The notes under the pieces were generated by a model. It did not search any database. It was not told the origin of the DNA and was given only the letters and a program-made list of their open reading frames with translations. Made by a program: the position numbers and the translations under genes. From Chiloscyllium plagiosum (Eukaryota), in contig NC_057719.1 in the NCBI RefSeq assembly GCF_004010195.1, forward strand, positions 46,262,021 through 46,326,020: 64,000 nt of DNA, given 5' to 3'. Shown one piece after another: positions 24,801 to 39,800 of the stretch; position 1 is the first letter of the stretch; every line of letters begins with the position of its first letter.

Positions 24801-27800
24801 AAGTCTCAAATTTAAATAAATCCAACAAGCCAAAACCATTTTCTTTTATGAATCCACTATAATGAACGGGTTGCACTGTCCAACAATTGCATGGAGCTCA
24901 TGGACTTCGTCATTTCAAGGCCATCTATTCTATTTCTTTCCCTTGTACATCCAGGCAAACCTTCCCTATCATGCATCTTTGTTTGATGGCTCGAACCAGG
25001 CCAATAACTGAAATCAAACCAGTAGCTGAATTCTCAATGTACCATAGATAATCTGAGCTCCGTGAATTGCTATGATCCACATAAAGCACCACTACAGATA
25101 GTGTGAACCTTGAGAATAAAACAATTTAGTGTAGGTGATGTCTGAGGATGTTATCAGAGAGTGCAAAATTCTCTCCACAGCATTGTTGGCATCTTATCTA
25201 GTAGATGCACGAGTTGGTTCATTATCATTCACTGGTTGCTTCTAATGATTTGCTCCTGGTGGCAGTGCTATCTTAGACTGGGAAAGGGAACAGATATATA
25301 TTATAGACACTTTACCCCTATGTACCACTTTCAACTAAATGGAATGGAATTGAATTTATTGTCATGTGTACCGAGGCACAGTGAAAGGGCTTTGTCTTGC
25401 AAGCAATACAGGCAAATCACATAGTTAAGTAGCATAGATAAGTAAATAATAAGTAAACAGTGGCAAAAACAAAAACACAGGTAAACACAGGTACAGGTGA
25501 ATGTTAAGAGTTTGAGAGTCCATTCAGTATTCTAACAACAGTAGGGTAGAAACTGTTGCTAAAACCAGCTGGTACGTGTGTTCAGGCTTCTGTACCTTCT
25601 CCCCAATGGTAGAGGTTGTAGAAAAACATTCCAAGGTGGGATAGATCTTTAAGAATGCTGGCAGCCTTTCCTTGACAGCAGGCCTGGTAGGTGGATTTTA
25701 TAAATGGGAGGTTGGCCTTTGTGACTGCCCGGGCTGAGTTCATCACTCTCTGTAATCGTCTCCAATCTTGAATGGTACAACTACCATACCAGGTAGTGAC
25801 ACATCCAGACAGAATGCTCTCGATGGCACACCTATAAAAGTTGTCAAGAGTATGCGCCGTCATGCCAAATTTCCTCAGCTGCCTGAGGAAGAGACGTTGT
25901 TGGGCCTTTGTAACCAGTGCATCCACATGAAGGTCCAAGAAAACTTGTTATAGATAACCACTCCCAGGAGTTTGACACTCATCCCACCTCTGTGCTGTTA
26001 ATGTGTTGGGGGTTATGAGTAACATCCCAAAAGTCAATAATGAGTTCCTTGGTTTTGCTAGGTTGTTCTCAGTGCACCATTTTTCAAGTCTTCCACCTCC
26101 CGTCTGTAGTCTGTTTTGTTGCCATCTGAGATTCGACCGACTATGGTGGCGTCATCAGCGAACTTGTAAATGGCATTAGTATGGTATTTGCAACGCAGTC
26201 ATGAGTATACAGTGAGTACAGTAGGGGGCTAAGTAAACACCCCTGGAGGGCTCCAGGGTTGAGTGTTAATGACGATGAAATATTGTTCCCAATCTTCACT
26301 GATTGTGGCCTATGGGTCAGGAAACTGAGGATCCAGTTGCAGAGAGTGGGCCTTAGTCCGAGATTGCTAAGTTTAGTCATCAGTCTTGAGGGGTTAATAG
26401 TGTTGAAGGCTGAACTGTAGTCAATGAGTAGGATTCTTACGAAGCTGTTCTTAGTGTCAAGGTGTTCTAGGGAGGAGTGAAGGGCAAGTGATATGGCATC
26501 TGACGTGGATCTGTTGGTCCGATAGGAAAATTGGAATGGGTCAAGAGTAGTGGGGAGGCTGGAGTTGATTAATGTCATGACCAACCTTTCAAAGCACTTC
26601 ATGACCACCGAAGTTGGGGCCACTGGGCGGTAGTCATTGAGACATGCTGCATGCTGCCTTAGGCACAGGGATGATGTTGGCCCTCTTGAAACAGGCAGGG
26701 ACAGTGGCCTGCTGCAGGGAGAGGTTGAAGATATCCGAGAAGACTTCTGCCAGTTGATCTGCGCATGCTCTGAGTGCACGGCCTGGTACTCTGTCTGGGC
26801 CCATCGCTCTCCTTCGATTTACACAAAGGAAAACTGATCTGACCTCTGATGCAGTGACTATTGGGATAGGTTTATAAGGACTTGTCGGAATAGGTGTTAC
26901 CTCTCTGCCGAAATTCTGCTCAAAGCGAGCATAGAAGGTGTTGCGATGATCTGAGAGAAATATGTCATCATCTGCTATCTTGCACTGTTTCTTTTTAGAA
27001 TCGGTGATGTCATTCAGTCCTTGTCATAGTCGCCAGGTGTGTCTGAGTCTCTAGTTTGGATCAGTATTGATCCTTTGCTGTCTTAATGGCTCTGCGAAGG
27101 TCATACTCAGATTCCTTATATTTGACTGGGTCTCCTGATGTGAAGGCCGCATGCCTGGTTTTTAGCTGGTTCTGTACATCCTGATTCATCCAGGGTTTCC
27201 TGTTGGAGAACACCCAGATTGACTTCCTCGGTATGCACACACTTGTTGATATAGTCTGTGACAGTGGTGGTGTACTCATCCAAGGTACCTCTGGATTGTA
27301 TGAACATGGCCCAATCAGCCGATTCCAGACAGCACCAAAGTTAATCCTCTGCCTCCTCCGACCAGCACTGGACCTGTAACCGTGAGGGGGTCTCCTGCTT
27401 GAGCTTTTGCCCATAAGCCAGGAGAAGAAGCACGGCATTGTGGTCGGAGTTCCAGAGGGGGATGGAGCGGTAGGTATCTTTCACAGTGGTGTAGTAATGG
27501 TCTAAAATGTTTGGCACCCTGGTAGCAGGTAATATTCTGGTGGTACTTGGGCAACACTTTCCTTTGATTGGCTTGATTGAAGTCGCCAGTTACAATAAAC
27601 AGGGCCTCAGTGGGTTCCACCTCCAGGGTGTTAGTGGAGGAGTATAGGACATCCAGAGCTTCCTTAACCTTTGCCTGTGGCATTATGTACACAGCAGTTA
27701 GTATAGCAGTGGTAAGTTCCCATGGTAGATAGAAGGGGCGGCACTTGATGGTGAGGAATTCAAGGTTTGGGGAGCAATAGCAGCCGAGGGTTGCAATGTC

Positions 27801-30800
27801 CATGTTCCATGAGTTGTTGATTAAAAAGCAAACTCCTCCACCTTTTGTCTTACCCGAGGACGCTGTGCGGTCCATCAGCCTGAAGTGCGCAGATGGGAAT
27901 GGATGGGTTGAGCCAGGTTTCTGTGAAGCAGAGTGCGCAGCAGCCCCGCAATTCACGCTGGAAGCTGAGCCGTGATCTGGGTTCGTCCATTTTGTTCTCC
28001 AGAGGTTGTACATTTGCTCAGAGTAAGCTAGGAAGGGGAGGGTTTTGAAATCGCATAGTCTCAGTTTTAGTAGTAGGATGGCATACTTACCCCACGTCCT
28101 TGCAGGTTTCTTACATTTCAGTGGTCTGGTAGAGTGGATTCTGATTGATTCCAGTTAAGTGATCCTACCTAGGACCCTGTTTAAGTTGCAGTTTGGTGTA
28201 TTGTTGAAGAGGGTCTGCTTAAGATTCAGTGTAGCAAGTTACTTACTGTGCGTGTTTTTTTTAAACCAGAGGGAGTGTGCTCAGGACCCAGTGGAGAAGG
28301 CAAGTTTCTGCTTGTGTTCAGATTTGAGCTGAAATTATAGTTGCACTCAGTTTTGACAACACGAGCCATTAAAAAAACATGCACTGGTAAAACAAAGGCA
28401 CTAACCAAAAGTACAATGTTGTTGAGAACAATATCTTTCGTGAATTTAAATGACTTAGCTTTTTTTTGTTAGTAAGGGACAGAAGTCTTACCTCAATACA
28501 TTAGACTTATGTAAAATTTTAAATTGCACATAATGAACCTACATCTAAACTCACCTTAAATTTCAAAGCAGGTAATCTGAATGGTTCTGAAGCTTTCACT
28601 TGAAGCAACTGGTGTTCCAATTTTTTTAATCTGCAAAACAAAATTTAAATATCAATGGATGCCATACAGAAGTGGGGTGTAATTTTTTAAAAATAAAAGT
28701 CAAATTTATAAAAGCACCACGAACCTTCAACTGCATTTTTATTCTCTGCTGTCAATGTCCATGCCACAAGCAATACTCACAGTTCAATACTTAATTATAT
28801 CTCTCTCTTAACCAACTGGGATATGCCCCCAGTCAAGATAATTGAAATAAATATGCACATGCTCAGAAACTGCCACCCATCATATTCTTCTGGCAACTTC
28901 TGGACAAACCTAGGGTCATGTATGTTACTGATATGCTCTCCAATGACATGGTCAGTTTGTAATAACAGCCCACCCACGTAACGTGCAAAGCCACAAAAGT
29001 AAAAATCAAAAATGCAAATCACTGAATAACTTCAATCACCCTCTAAAAATGCAGACTCTAGGCAATTGATAAGAAACAGAGGTCAATTGCCATGAAAGGA
29101 GGCAAATAATTACAGCAAATGAGGGAAAAACTAGCACTGATCACCTATCCCCATTACCAGATAAAGTGCAACTCTGCATTGCCTATTACAGATTTCTGGC
29201 ACAATGTAAATCCAACTATTACTATTCGAGCTGCAAAGCAAGCAAGACTCATGATGTATATCCAGGGAAGGACAAGTAAGGAAAATAGGTGTGGAAGAAG
29301 ATACATTAGATGGGGGGGACACAGACAGACAAAGAGAGGCAGGCAGAGATGGGGGGGTCAGAGAGAGGAGACGGGGTCAGAGAGAGGAGACGGGGTCAGA
29401 GAGAGGAGACGGGGTCAGAGAGAGGAGACGGGGTCAGAGAGAGGAGACGGGGTCAGAGAGAGGAGACGGGGTCAGAGAGAGGAGACGGGGTCAGAGAGAG
29501 GAGACGGGGTCAGAGAGAGGAGACGGGGTCAGAGAGAGGAGACGGGGTCAGAGAGAGGAGACGGGGTCAGAGAGAGGAGACGGGGTCAGAGAGAGGAGAC
29601 GGGGTCAGAGAGAGGAGACGGGGTCAGAGAGAGGAGACGGGGTCAGAGAGAGGAGACGGGGTCAGAGAGAGGAGACGGGGTCAGAGAGAGGAGACGGGGT
29701 CAGAGAGAGGAGACGGGGTCAGAGAGAGGAGACGGGGTCAGAGAGAGGAGACGGGGTCAGAGAGAGGAGACGGGGTCAGAGAGAGGAGACGGGGTCAGAG
29801 AGAGGAGACGGGGTCAGAGAGAGGAGACGGGGTCAGAGAGAGGAGACGGGGTCAGAGAGAGGAGACGGGGTCAGAGAGAGGAGACGGGGTCAGAGAGAGG
29901 AGACGGGGTCAGAGAGAGGAGACGGGGTCAGAGAGAGGAGACGGGGTCAGAGAGAGGAGACGGGGTCAGAGAGAGGAGACGGGGTCAGAGAGAGGAGACG
30001 GGGTCAGAGAGAGGAGACGGGGTCAGAGAGAGGAGACGGGGTCAGAGAGAGGAGACGGGGTCAGAGAGAGGAGACGGGGTCAGAGAGAGGAGACGGGGTC
30101 AGAGAGAGGAGACGGGGTCAGAGAGAGGAGACGGGGTCAGAGAGAGGAGACGGGGTCAGAGAGAGGAGACGGGGTCAGAGAGAGGAGACGGGGTCAGAGA
30201 GAGGAGACGGGGTCAGAGAGAGGAGACGGGGTCAGAGAGAGGAGACGGGGTCAGAGAGAGGAGACGGGGTCAGAGAGAGGAGACGGGGTCAGAGAGAGGA
30301 GACGGGGTCAGAGAGAGGAGACGGGGTCAGAGAGAGGAGACGGGGTCAGAGAGAGGAGACGGGGTCAGAGAGAGGAGACGGGGTCAGAGAGAGGAGACGG
30401 GGTCAGAGAGAGGAGACGGGGGCGAGGAAGTGAAGGGGGCGGGGGGAGTGAAGGGGCAGAGAGCAGGTGAGATGGGGGCAGAGATCGAGAGAGAGGCAGA
30501 TAAAAAGAGACAGGCAAAGAGAGCGCGAGGTGGGCAAAGAGAACAATGGAAGAGAAGAAAGATTGCTTCGGGCTGCAGCTATGCAGGAAGACTGAAGTGC
30601 CATGATAACATTACTAACTTCCTCCCCCTTATTTTGCTTAAAGAGTATTCCACAAAACGTTGAGACCATTCACTCTATTGTAACTGAGCCTGTTTTCTAA
30701 CAAAAAGTACTTAGTTCCTTTTTGTGTTCTCTTCCATATTCTTTCACAGTTTTCTTTAAAAATCTGTTCATTGTGTCTAAGCACACAAGGTCTTCACTTG

Positions 30801-33800
30801 TCTGTACTTAATTGCCTTTGAGCAGGTGACTGTGAGCCACTTTCATGAACCTCTATCGGGAGAGTGCCCCAGGGATCTGACCTTGTGATAGTGAAGAAAT
30901 GGTAAGGAGTTCCAATTTGAGAATTTGCAGGTGGTTGTGTTCCTACACATCTGCTCCCTTGTCTTTCTGCACTGTAAAGGTCATGCATAGGTGCTGTCAA
31001 GGGAGACTGAAGGAGTCATCATTGTGCACCTATGGATGATCCACATTGTTGCCTTACGCAGCAGTTGGGAAGAGAATGAATATTTAAGGTGATGGATATG
31101 GTGCTGAACAAACTGTCTGCTTTAGCCTGAACAGTATTACTCTTGTTGAGTATTGCTGGCGCTGCACTGAGCTATGTAATTAAAAGCATATCAACACACT
31201 GGCACTTGGCTTGTAGATGGTGGGAAGGGTTTGGGGACATCAGGAAAGGAGTTATTTGATATCGAGTATCCAGTCTCCAAACAGTTGGTCTAGTTCAGGT
31301 TCTCAATAATGGCAAACCCCAAATATATCACTTCAAGCCTTTTTCCAGCTCCCAAAAAAATCCATTCAGCTTTATACTTTACTTTTTATTGTAATGAAGT
31401 CAGCCAGCTGGCCCTCACAGAATAGGAGTTCCCTGATTGGGGATTCCCTGTTAATCTAGACCAATCAGGGAATCCTAGCTGCCAGATATATAGAGGAGTA
31501 TCAGAGATTCTGACATTCTGGGTGCTGACTCTGATGAGGCTATGCCAGAGTTAGGGAAATTTCCACCTGTAAACAAACAATGGTTTGTTGGCAGGATACC
31601 GGTCTCTGTGGAGTTATTCCACCTATCCCTCAGTCAATTTTGTACCCACTTTACTACTGTCCCTTTTATTCTATGACCTATAATTTTCTTCAAGTCTATT
31701 GTGCGCCAATATATTGGACACTGTCAACCCTCTCTGTTGCCTCTTCAGAAAACTCAAGTTACTGAGATATGACTGACCCTTAACAAATCCATGCTGATTG
31801 TCTGGGAATTAATCCAAGTGACTAATAATTCTATCCCAAATAATTGGTTCCACAAGTTTCTCCACCAAAATTAAACAGTCTAGCTTGTAAGTATAACCAT
31901 TTTGAACAAATGTATCATGCTTTGCAAAAATAAAAACCAAGACGCTGGAAATCAGGAACAAAAACAGTAAATTGTTTGCAAAACCCAGCAGGTCTGGCAG
32001 CAGTTGCGAAGATAAATCAGAGTTAACATTTCACATCCAGTGAGCCTTCTTCAGAACATTCATTGTAATTCTCCAATCCTTAAGACTATAAGCCTATTTC
32101 TGGTCCTAACGCTATCTGACCCATCGATTCTGCTCTGCCATTCAGAGAGATCATGGCTGACCTGGCAACCCTCAACTCCATTTTCCTGCTTTTTCCCCCA
32201 GATGCCGTAACTCCGTTACTGAATAAAAATCTGTTTATCTCAGCCTTAATCTACTTATCGACTCAGTCTTTACAGCCTTTGTAGTAAAGAATTCCACAAA
32301 TTCACTATTCTCATAAAAAATTCCTCCTCATCTCAGTCTTAAATGGGTGACCCCAAACTCAGGTTATGCCCTCTGATCCTAGCATCTCCCAGGTGCAACA
32401 GCCTCTCCACATTTAGCCTGTTGAATCCAAGAATCTTATTTGCCCCTCCAGCACCACCCTCAAATCCAGGTTATATCCAACATCCTTGGGACACATCTCA
32501 TCAACTTCCAATGTCTTATGACCTTTAAATAACAACAGCCTATTCAATACCTATCAATTTTAAAACCCTCTGGTGAGTTTCCTTCTCTGTCATCTTGGAC
32601 TGTGCAGCATCTGAGTTGTAGGTTGTACCTCAGTCATGCCTCTTACTTCTAGAGTAAATCCCTCTTTTAGTCTTTCATTGTCTCTAAACTTCCTCTTCCT
32701 GCTCAAACACGAGTACATTGAGTTCTACAGTCTCTTTTTCTTTCACGCTTTGGAAATCGATCTTTACTACATTTCCATTAAACATAGAAATTAGAATCCT
32801 TTTTCCATATGATACAACACACATCAAAAATTAAAAATCACCACTGCAAAAACCTGAACTAACTACAACATATATTCAGTACTTTAAGTCACGAGCCTTG
32901 AAAACAGCAAGTTTAGCATTTTACCATATATAAATATTTACCGTTCTTTAGTCTTGAGAATCTCATCCAGAAGCTCACGCTCCTCAAAACTCATGGAATT
33001 CTCAGTCATCTCTTCTTCCTCTTGGACCATTTTGTCATAAAATCGCACTGGATACCACCCAGTCATAATATCATATGTGATGACACAGCCCAGAGAATGG
33101 GCTACTATGGAAACCTTCCCACCTTGGATTTCAAAATCTGGGTTCCGAGAACAGAAAAGTGCATATAACCGATTTAACTCCTGCTGAAGGCCTTTCACAA
33201 TCTGAAGAAAGAAAAATTTAACAACATAATAATCTGCCTAGCTTTCGCTACAATACTGCATATGTAAGGCCGGAATGAAAAAAATTATTACCATGTGATG
33301 AATGAAAATATAACTCTAAATTAAGACATTTAAACCTGTCAAGGAGAGAGATTCAAAGGGAAATTGAAATTTCATAATTAACTTAGTTTAGTTATAATAT
33401 ATAATATTAGATTATTCTGCTTAACTGTAGCCGATGTAGATTTTAGTACTTTAATATCACATGACCTTGCTTAGCCTTACTTGGCATAAAACACACTGTG
33501 GGATTTAACAGAATGAAGGTAATGCAATAGTATGTTACAAGAGTCCCCTGTATTGCACATTTGCATTTGACAGGGCCAGATCTTCAAAGTTCAATATGAT
33601 GAGTTAATATCATCCCAAGGAAGTAGGCAAGGAGGGAATTACTGCGGGAAGAAATATTATCAAACTGGCTGAGCTTACACTGGTTTTGTTTTAATTTGCA
33701 GTTTTTTGGAAGAGAAGCAATGCAATCTGACTAAATGTAATTTTTGTATTAAGAGCTAATGTGCAACAAAGTGCATTGAAGTTTGTAACATGTTTAAACC

Positions 33801-36800
33801 TTTAGAACTAGATATCGACTGAATGTATAAGGATATTTCATTACTTCACTTTATAGTGTGTAGTAATTTGTTTATGGCAGTATGATCTTCTACATCAGTA
33901 TCTTCAAGTTTTGAAGGTATAAGCAGCTTTGCCACTATCTGTCTCAAAAAAAAACTCATTCCATGCACCCATAACCAGAGTCAAAAACATCAGCTGACAA
34001 CTGGCAGCTAAAAAAGAACAAGCAAACAGTGATAAATGTTTGAGTTAATGAGTGACTCTTGCCAATTAAGTGAAAATTCAGACAATGAGCTGACTATCAT
34101 GGGGACTTGAGAGCATACGTCTTCCTTTGCAAAACAAATGGGCTTTTCTTAGCCATAAAAGTAACAATATCAGGCCATGAAGAGGAGGAATGATCCATGG
34201 ATAATTGGCTCCTTAAGGAAACCTGTCAGGACACAATGGGAGGGTACACTAATCAACGCAAAAATCTCAATCCAATTACTGACCACAGAGTTGACAGCCA
34301 TGGTGATCAGTTAAATCCAATATACATTACAATTTAATTGCTATCAACAGTGTTCCCAAAATCTCAGTCTTATCTTTGTTGAATATGTATTATGAAAAAA
34401 CGAACAGAGAGATTAAACACTGCCTTTGCTGTAGTACCAAACAGAACACAATGTGGTATCTGTTAACAAATTCCACCAATCACTGCCATAGATTTCAATG
34501 GCATTGACTTTTCAGCATGTATGTTATGGATGTTTAATGCAATGCTTTTGATTTGTGCTGTTGCTCAAGGATAAGTTAAACCTGATTTTTTTTTTATCCT
34601 TTGTAGACAAAAGACCTAAAGGATTAACTGTTGAGAATGCCAACAAAAAATGAGACATTTTTCTCCTACATTTGATAAAGGACTGCAATAAAAAGTTTTT
34701 TTTTCTGTCAGATATCTTTTACCTTGTGATAGATCTCCAAACGTTCAAATATGCTTGACTCGAAAAACTCCAATGAAATGGACAGCAATGTCTGGAATTC
34801 ACATATGCTGCATATTGTGAAGAAGATGGAAGGACGATACAAAAGGATACAGATAGGTTCATTGAGTGGACAAAAATCTGGCAGTTGAAGTACAATGTTG
34901 GAAAATGTGAGAGAATAAGAGTGGAACTTTTACCTAAATGGAGAATGACGGCAGACTTCCAAAGTACAGCAGGATCTATCTGTTCTAATACAGTAGTCAC
35001 GAAAAGTTCAAGAAATGTAAGGCATCCTTTATTAGGAGAGGAACTGAACGTAAAAGGAAGGATTTTACTGCTTCAGTTATACAGTGCATTGGTAAGACCT
35101 CAGTATACTGTGTGCTGTTTTGATCCCCTTATTTAAGGATTGAGGTTAAATGTATTGCATATGGATTACTGTAGGTTTATTAGGTTGGTACCTGGAATGA
35201 GGTGGGTTGTCCTAAGAGAACAAGTTGGACATGCCGGGTTTCTTATTAACTGGAGTTTAGAAGATTAAGCGGTGAAGTAATTGAAGTAAACAAGATCCTG
35301 AATGGCCTTGTCAAGGTGGATGTTTCTTCTAGAGGCAAGTCCAAAATAGGGGGCAGCGTTTTACAATTGATGTTCATCCTTTTATAACAGTGAAGCGAAT
35401 TCTTTTTCTCTTAGAAGGTGGAGAGACTTTGTTTCCACCACTTTCTGAGGCAGAGTTCCATTGCTACTGAATATTTTAAGGTGAAGGCAGATTTTTGTCA
35501 GACAAATGTAAAATGGAGTAATCTGGAGGGGTTGGTGGCCTAATTCCTGCTCCTAATTTGTTATGCTGAGCATAACGTGAGAAATGTAAAGGTTTCCAAT
35601 CAGTGATTCCACATATCTCCAAAAGCTGCACTATTGAAGACTCCCCCTCCCCCAAAGCAATCAGCAATTTGATAAATATATCACTTTGAACTAGCAAATC
35701 TCACTGCAGGATCCTGTGAAGAGGTTGCACCTTGTTGTTTTAGTTTTCTAGTGCTTTGTCCATCAAAATATCCCATGTGACTAACTGCCTACTTGCTTGC
35801 TAACATCACGGTCAATTCAATTCCAGCCTTGGCCAACCGCATAAGGAGTTCGCACATTCTCCCGAGTTTTCTCCGGGTGCTCAGATTTTCTCCACAGTCC
35901 AAAGATGTGCAGGTGAGGTGGATTGGCCACACTAAAAATTGCCCTCTCGTGTCCGGGGATGTGCAGGTTAGGTGGGTTAGACAAGGTAAAAATTCCATGC
36001 AGGGTTACGAAGATGGGTCTGGCTGGGACACTAAGGGTCAGTACAGACTCGATGGACTGAAAGGCCTGTTTCCACACTATAGAGTTTCTATGATTCTCTT
36101 AAACCATTATTGCTTTGTCCACTTAAAACCATTTATAAGGAGAAAACCAAGGGACACACCTCATCCCTGTAAAGGGGACTAGTGTAGTACATGATGTCCA
36201 TAGCACTGCTATTTAACATATCACGAAGTCCACGTACTTTATCTGGGGTAATGGATTCAACAGTATCTAGAAACAAAAACAGAAAAAGGCTTATTTTCAT
36301 TAATTCAGCGAGACAATATTTGAAAAACCTCTGCAAAGACAATTGACTTCAACGCTGATTCTAGAGATTTCATGTCTATGTCAAGGCTATGACTTGAATT
36401 GACTGTTTCTAGCACCCTGTCTTACTGGTCATTCTTTTGTGTGATGCTGGAGTTGTGTGCTAACAAATCAATTAACATAAAGAGAGAGAGAGAGAGAGAG
36501 AGAAGGGGTAAACCACAGCAAACCCAGTATTTTTCTCATTTGGCATCCACACACACTTCCAACAGATTGACAGATAGGTATGGAGCTTTCACTGTATTTT
36601 ACTGAGAGATTTCAATGCCAATCCTAGATCCCCAAAAATAACCTAATTTATATACCACTTCACTCAGCACAACATAAAACAGCTCCTTCCTGGTCGTGTT
36701 TACTGTTGTGTTTACAGAGCTTACCACACTTTAAAATGGCAGTTCCCTCTTAAACACTTTCCCTTGGAAAGTTTGAGCAAATATGTAATCAGTAACTCAC

Positions 36801-39800
36801 TGACAAGTAATTTGATCAATTAAATAATAAAATAAAGACTTTCAGGAACATTGTTTATAAAAGAATGGAATGCTTATTAATTTACACTAGTATTCAATTA
36901 GCCCTATTTCTCATTGCTTGAAGATTATTTTTGACCAGAGTCACAGATGTACTGGTCATTCTACTATAACGCAACAGGTGAGTTCTTCTGTAACCTCATA
37001 CTATAGAAAACAGCTATAGAAAATCGCGCTGTAGAAGACTGCCAACAGAAAAGCGTTATACCTATTAAGTAGAAATTTGATGTTATCCAAACAACATTCA
37101 CAATTCGTCAATCCCATTCTAGCCAATTCATGCTGACGAAACACGCATTATAGCAGAATGACCTGTACAACATGGAAACAGACCCTTCGGTCCAACTCAT
37201 CCATGCTGACCAGATAGCCCAAATTAATCTAGTCCCATTTTCCAGCACTTGGCGCACATCTCTCTAAACCCTTCATATTCATGTATCCATCTTGATGCCT
37301 TTTAAATCTTGTAATTGCACCAGCGTCTACAACATCCTCTGGCAGATCAATCCATTCACGCACTATCCTCTGCATGAAAAAGTTGTCCCTTAGGTCCTTT
37401 TTAAATCTTTCCCCTCTCACTCTCAACGTATGCCCTCTAGTTTTGGACTCTTGCATCTCAGGGAAAAGACCTTGTCCATTTATCCAATCCATGCCCCTCA
37501 ATTTTATAAACCTCTGTAAGGTCACCCCTCAACCTCCAACGCTCTGGGGAAAAAACGCAACCTATTCAACCTCTTCCTATAGCTCAAGTCCTCCAATCCT
37601 GGCAATATTCTTGAAAATCTTTCCTTTCAACATCTTTCCTGTAGCAGAGAGATCAGAATTGCACTCCAAAAATGTCCTAATGAATGTCCTGTACAGCTTC
37701 AATATGATCTCCCAACTTCTATACTCAATGTGTTGACCAATAAAGGAAAGCATATCAAACGCCTTCTTCAATATCCTATCTATCTGCAACTCCACTTTCA
37801 AGGAACTATGAACGTTCACTACAAGGTCTCTCTTCGTTCAGCAAAACTCCCCAGAACCTTACAAGTGCCTAATTTGCCTTTACAAAATGCAGCACCTCAC
37901 ACTTATCTAAATTAAACTCCACCTGCCACTCCTTGGCCCATTGGCCAAAAAATAAGGTTGCTTATAAGGTGCAAAATCCCCAAACCAATGGTGTTAATCA
38001 TAGCAGCATGAAATCATTTGGTTTGAGCCTGGCATGGTGAAAGTGGGATTGCAGTGCACTGGTGTACCAAACTGTCAATTAGATTGTATGAAGTCATACA
38101 GCAAGAAAAAAGACCTTTCGGTCCAAATCATCCATGTCAACCAGACACCACAATCTGACCTAGACACATTTGCCAGCATTTGGCGCATATCCCTCTAAAT
38201 CCTTTCTATTCATATTCCCAAGCAGATACCTTTTAAATGATAGCCACCACCACCACTTCCTCTGGCTGTTTGTTCTATACATGCACCCCCACCCTGTGAG
38301 AAAAAGTCACCCCTCAGGTCCTTTTTAAAATTTTCCCCTCTCACCTTAAATCTACACCCTCTAGACTCCCCCACCCTAAGGGGGAAAAAAAAGACCTTGG
38401 CTATTCACCCTATCCATGTCTCTCATGATTTTATAAACCTCCAAAAGGTCACCCTTTGGGTTGACGCTCCAGGGAAAAAATGCCCCAGCCCACTCAGCCT
38501 CTCCCTAGAGCTCAAACCATCCTCTTGCTTAATTCTCCAGCAGATCTAAAATTTGCAAATCTACGAAATGACAGTTTTTTTTTAAGTCTGTAAACTCACT
38601 TCTAATAGCAGTAGTAGATTTTGCATTCAATTTTATTCAGTTTTATGAACTATGAATGCAAGTCGTAAAATCATACACATTTCATTTCAACACACATCTA
38701 CAAAATGCCATTATCCAAAGGGTAACCCTGTTTACATTTAATTACCCCCATCCAGGCATAGCTTCGATCTCCACTCCACAGGCAGAAACTCAACATATTC
38801 CAAATTTGTGGCATAAGGAAAGTGTTTTTCTTCAACCTTCCTTGCAGCTTCTCTCATCCTATCAAGTAGGAAAGAAATAATCTTCTGTGAGGGTTATTTC
38901 TAATAAATCTTAGAAATAAAATAGTACATTTTGCAATAAATATAAAACAAGAACTGGGGATGCTGGAGAGCTGAAACACAAGCAGAAATTCATCAGCTCT
39001 GGCAGCATCTGTGGGAAGAAAGCAGTATTAGTATTTAGAATATGGTGCCTCTTCATCAGACTTGAGAGACTGGACTCAGTGTAGTATAATGCTGCGCTCT
39101 TCCCGTAAATGCTGCCAGACCTGCTGAGTTTATCCAGCAATTTCAGATCAGCTGTAGTTGCAGTTTAACATTTTTACTTTTAACCTTTGTTAGGTTTAAT
39201 AAGGAAAAATAAGTTGAATTGCATGGCATTGAACGGTATTCCTTCAACATTAGCTTAACAAGTGTTTAAAAAAAACTAAACCACAAAGAAAATTTCAAAA
39301 GCAGTATACAAGTTATGTTTCAATTGATTAATACAAGTCTGTAAAAATCTGACTGAAGTTCCTTCAGAGTGACTATTTAACAGCCAATAATCGAAGTTTA
39401 CAAAAAAATTGTGCAATTCTGTTTGATTAATTATGGTTTCCTACAAGTCAACTTCTGCACAAATATTGTTTGCAGAAAACATATGCTACGGTATATTAAC
39501 TTAGATTAATACTTTCTGAATCCAGAAACAAAATTGTTGCAAACTAAACTCTCAGTTCTAATCCTTCACAGAGATCGGGTGTGAGAAATAAACTGTCCTC
39601 CTGCTGTCAAAATATGCCTACTTTTTTCCTCAAATACTTTGAGCAACTTGAGGTACCATTTTATTTCGTTTGAGATGAGCATGGTAGACAAATAATTAAA
39701 AAAAAAACAATTTCCCTTTGTAAAATGGCAATCCTAAGTGGGTACTAAATCTGGAATAATTTAGAATCAGAGTCCTGACGTGTGGAAGCAGGCCATTCAG

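Noticed and set aside
29354..30417. CRISPR-like array
   Set aside because: The units are contiguous with no unique spacers, and the context is eukaryotic
29119..30663. 514-, 386- and 380-aa ORFs rich in Arg/Glu/Gly
   Set aside because: Artefact of a stop-free 19-bp repeat; all three frames give the same 19-aa permutation, and there is no gene structure
31530..31552. Hammerhead-like CTGATGA-GGC-TAT-GCC
   Set aside because: Lacks the GAAA and cleavage-triplet half of the core
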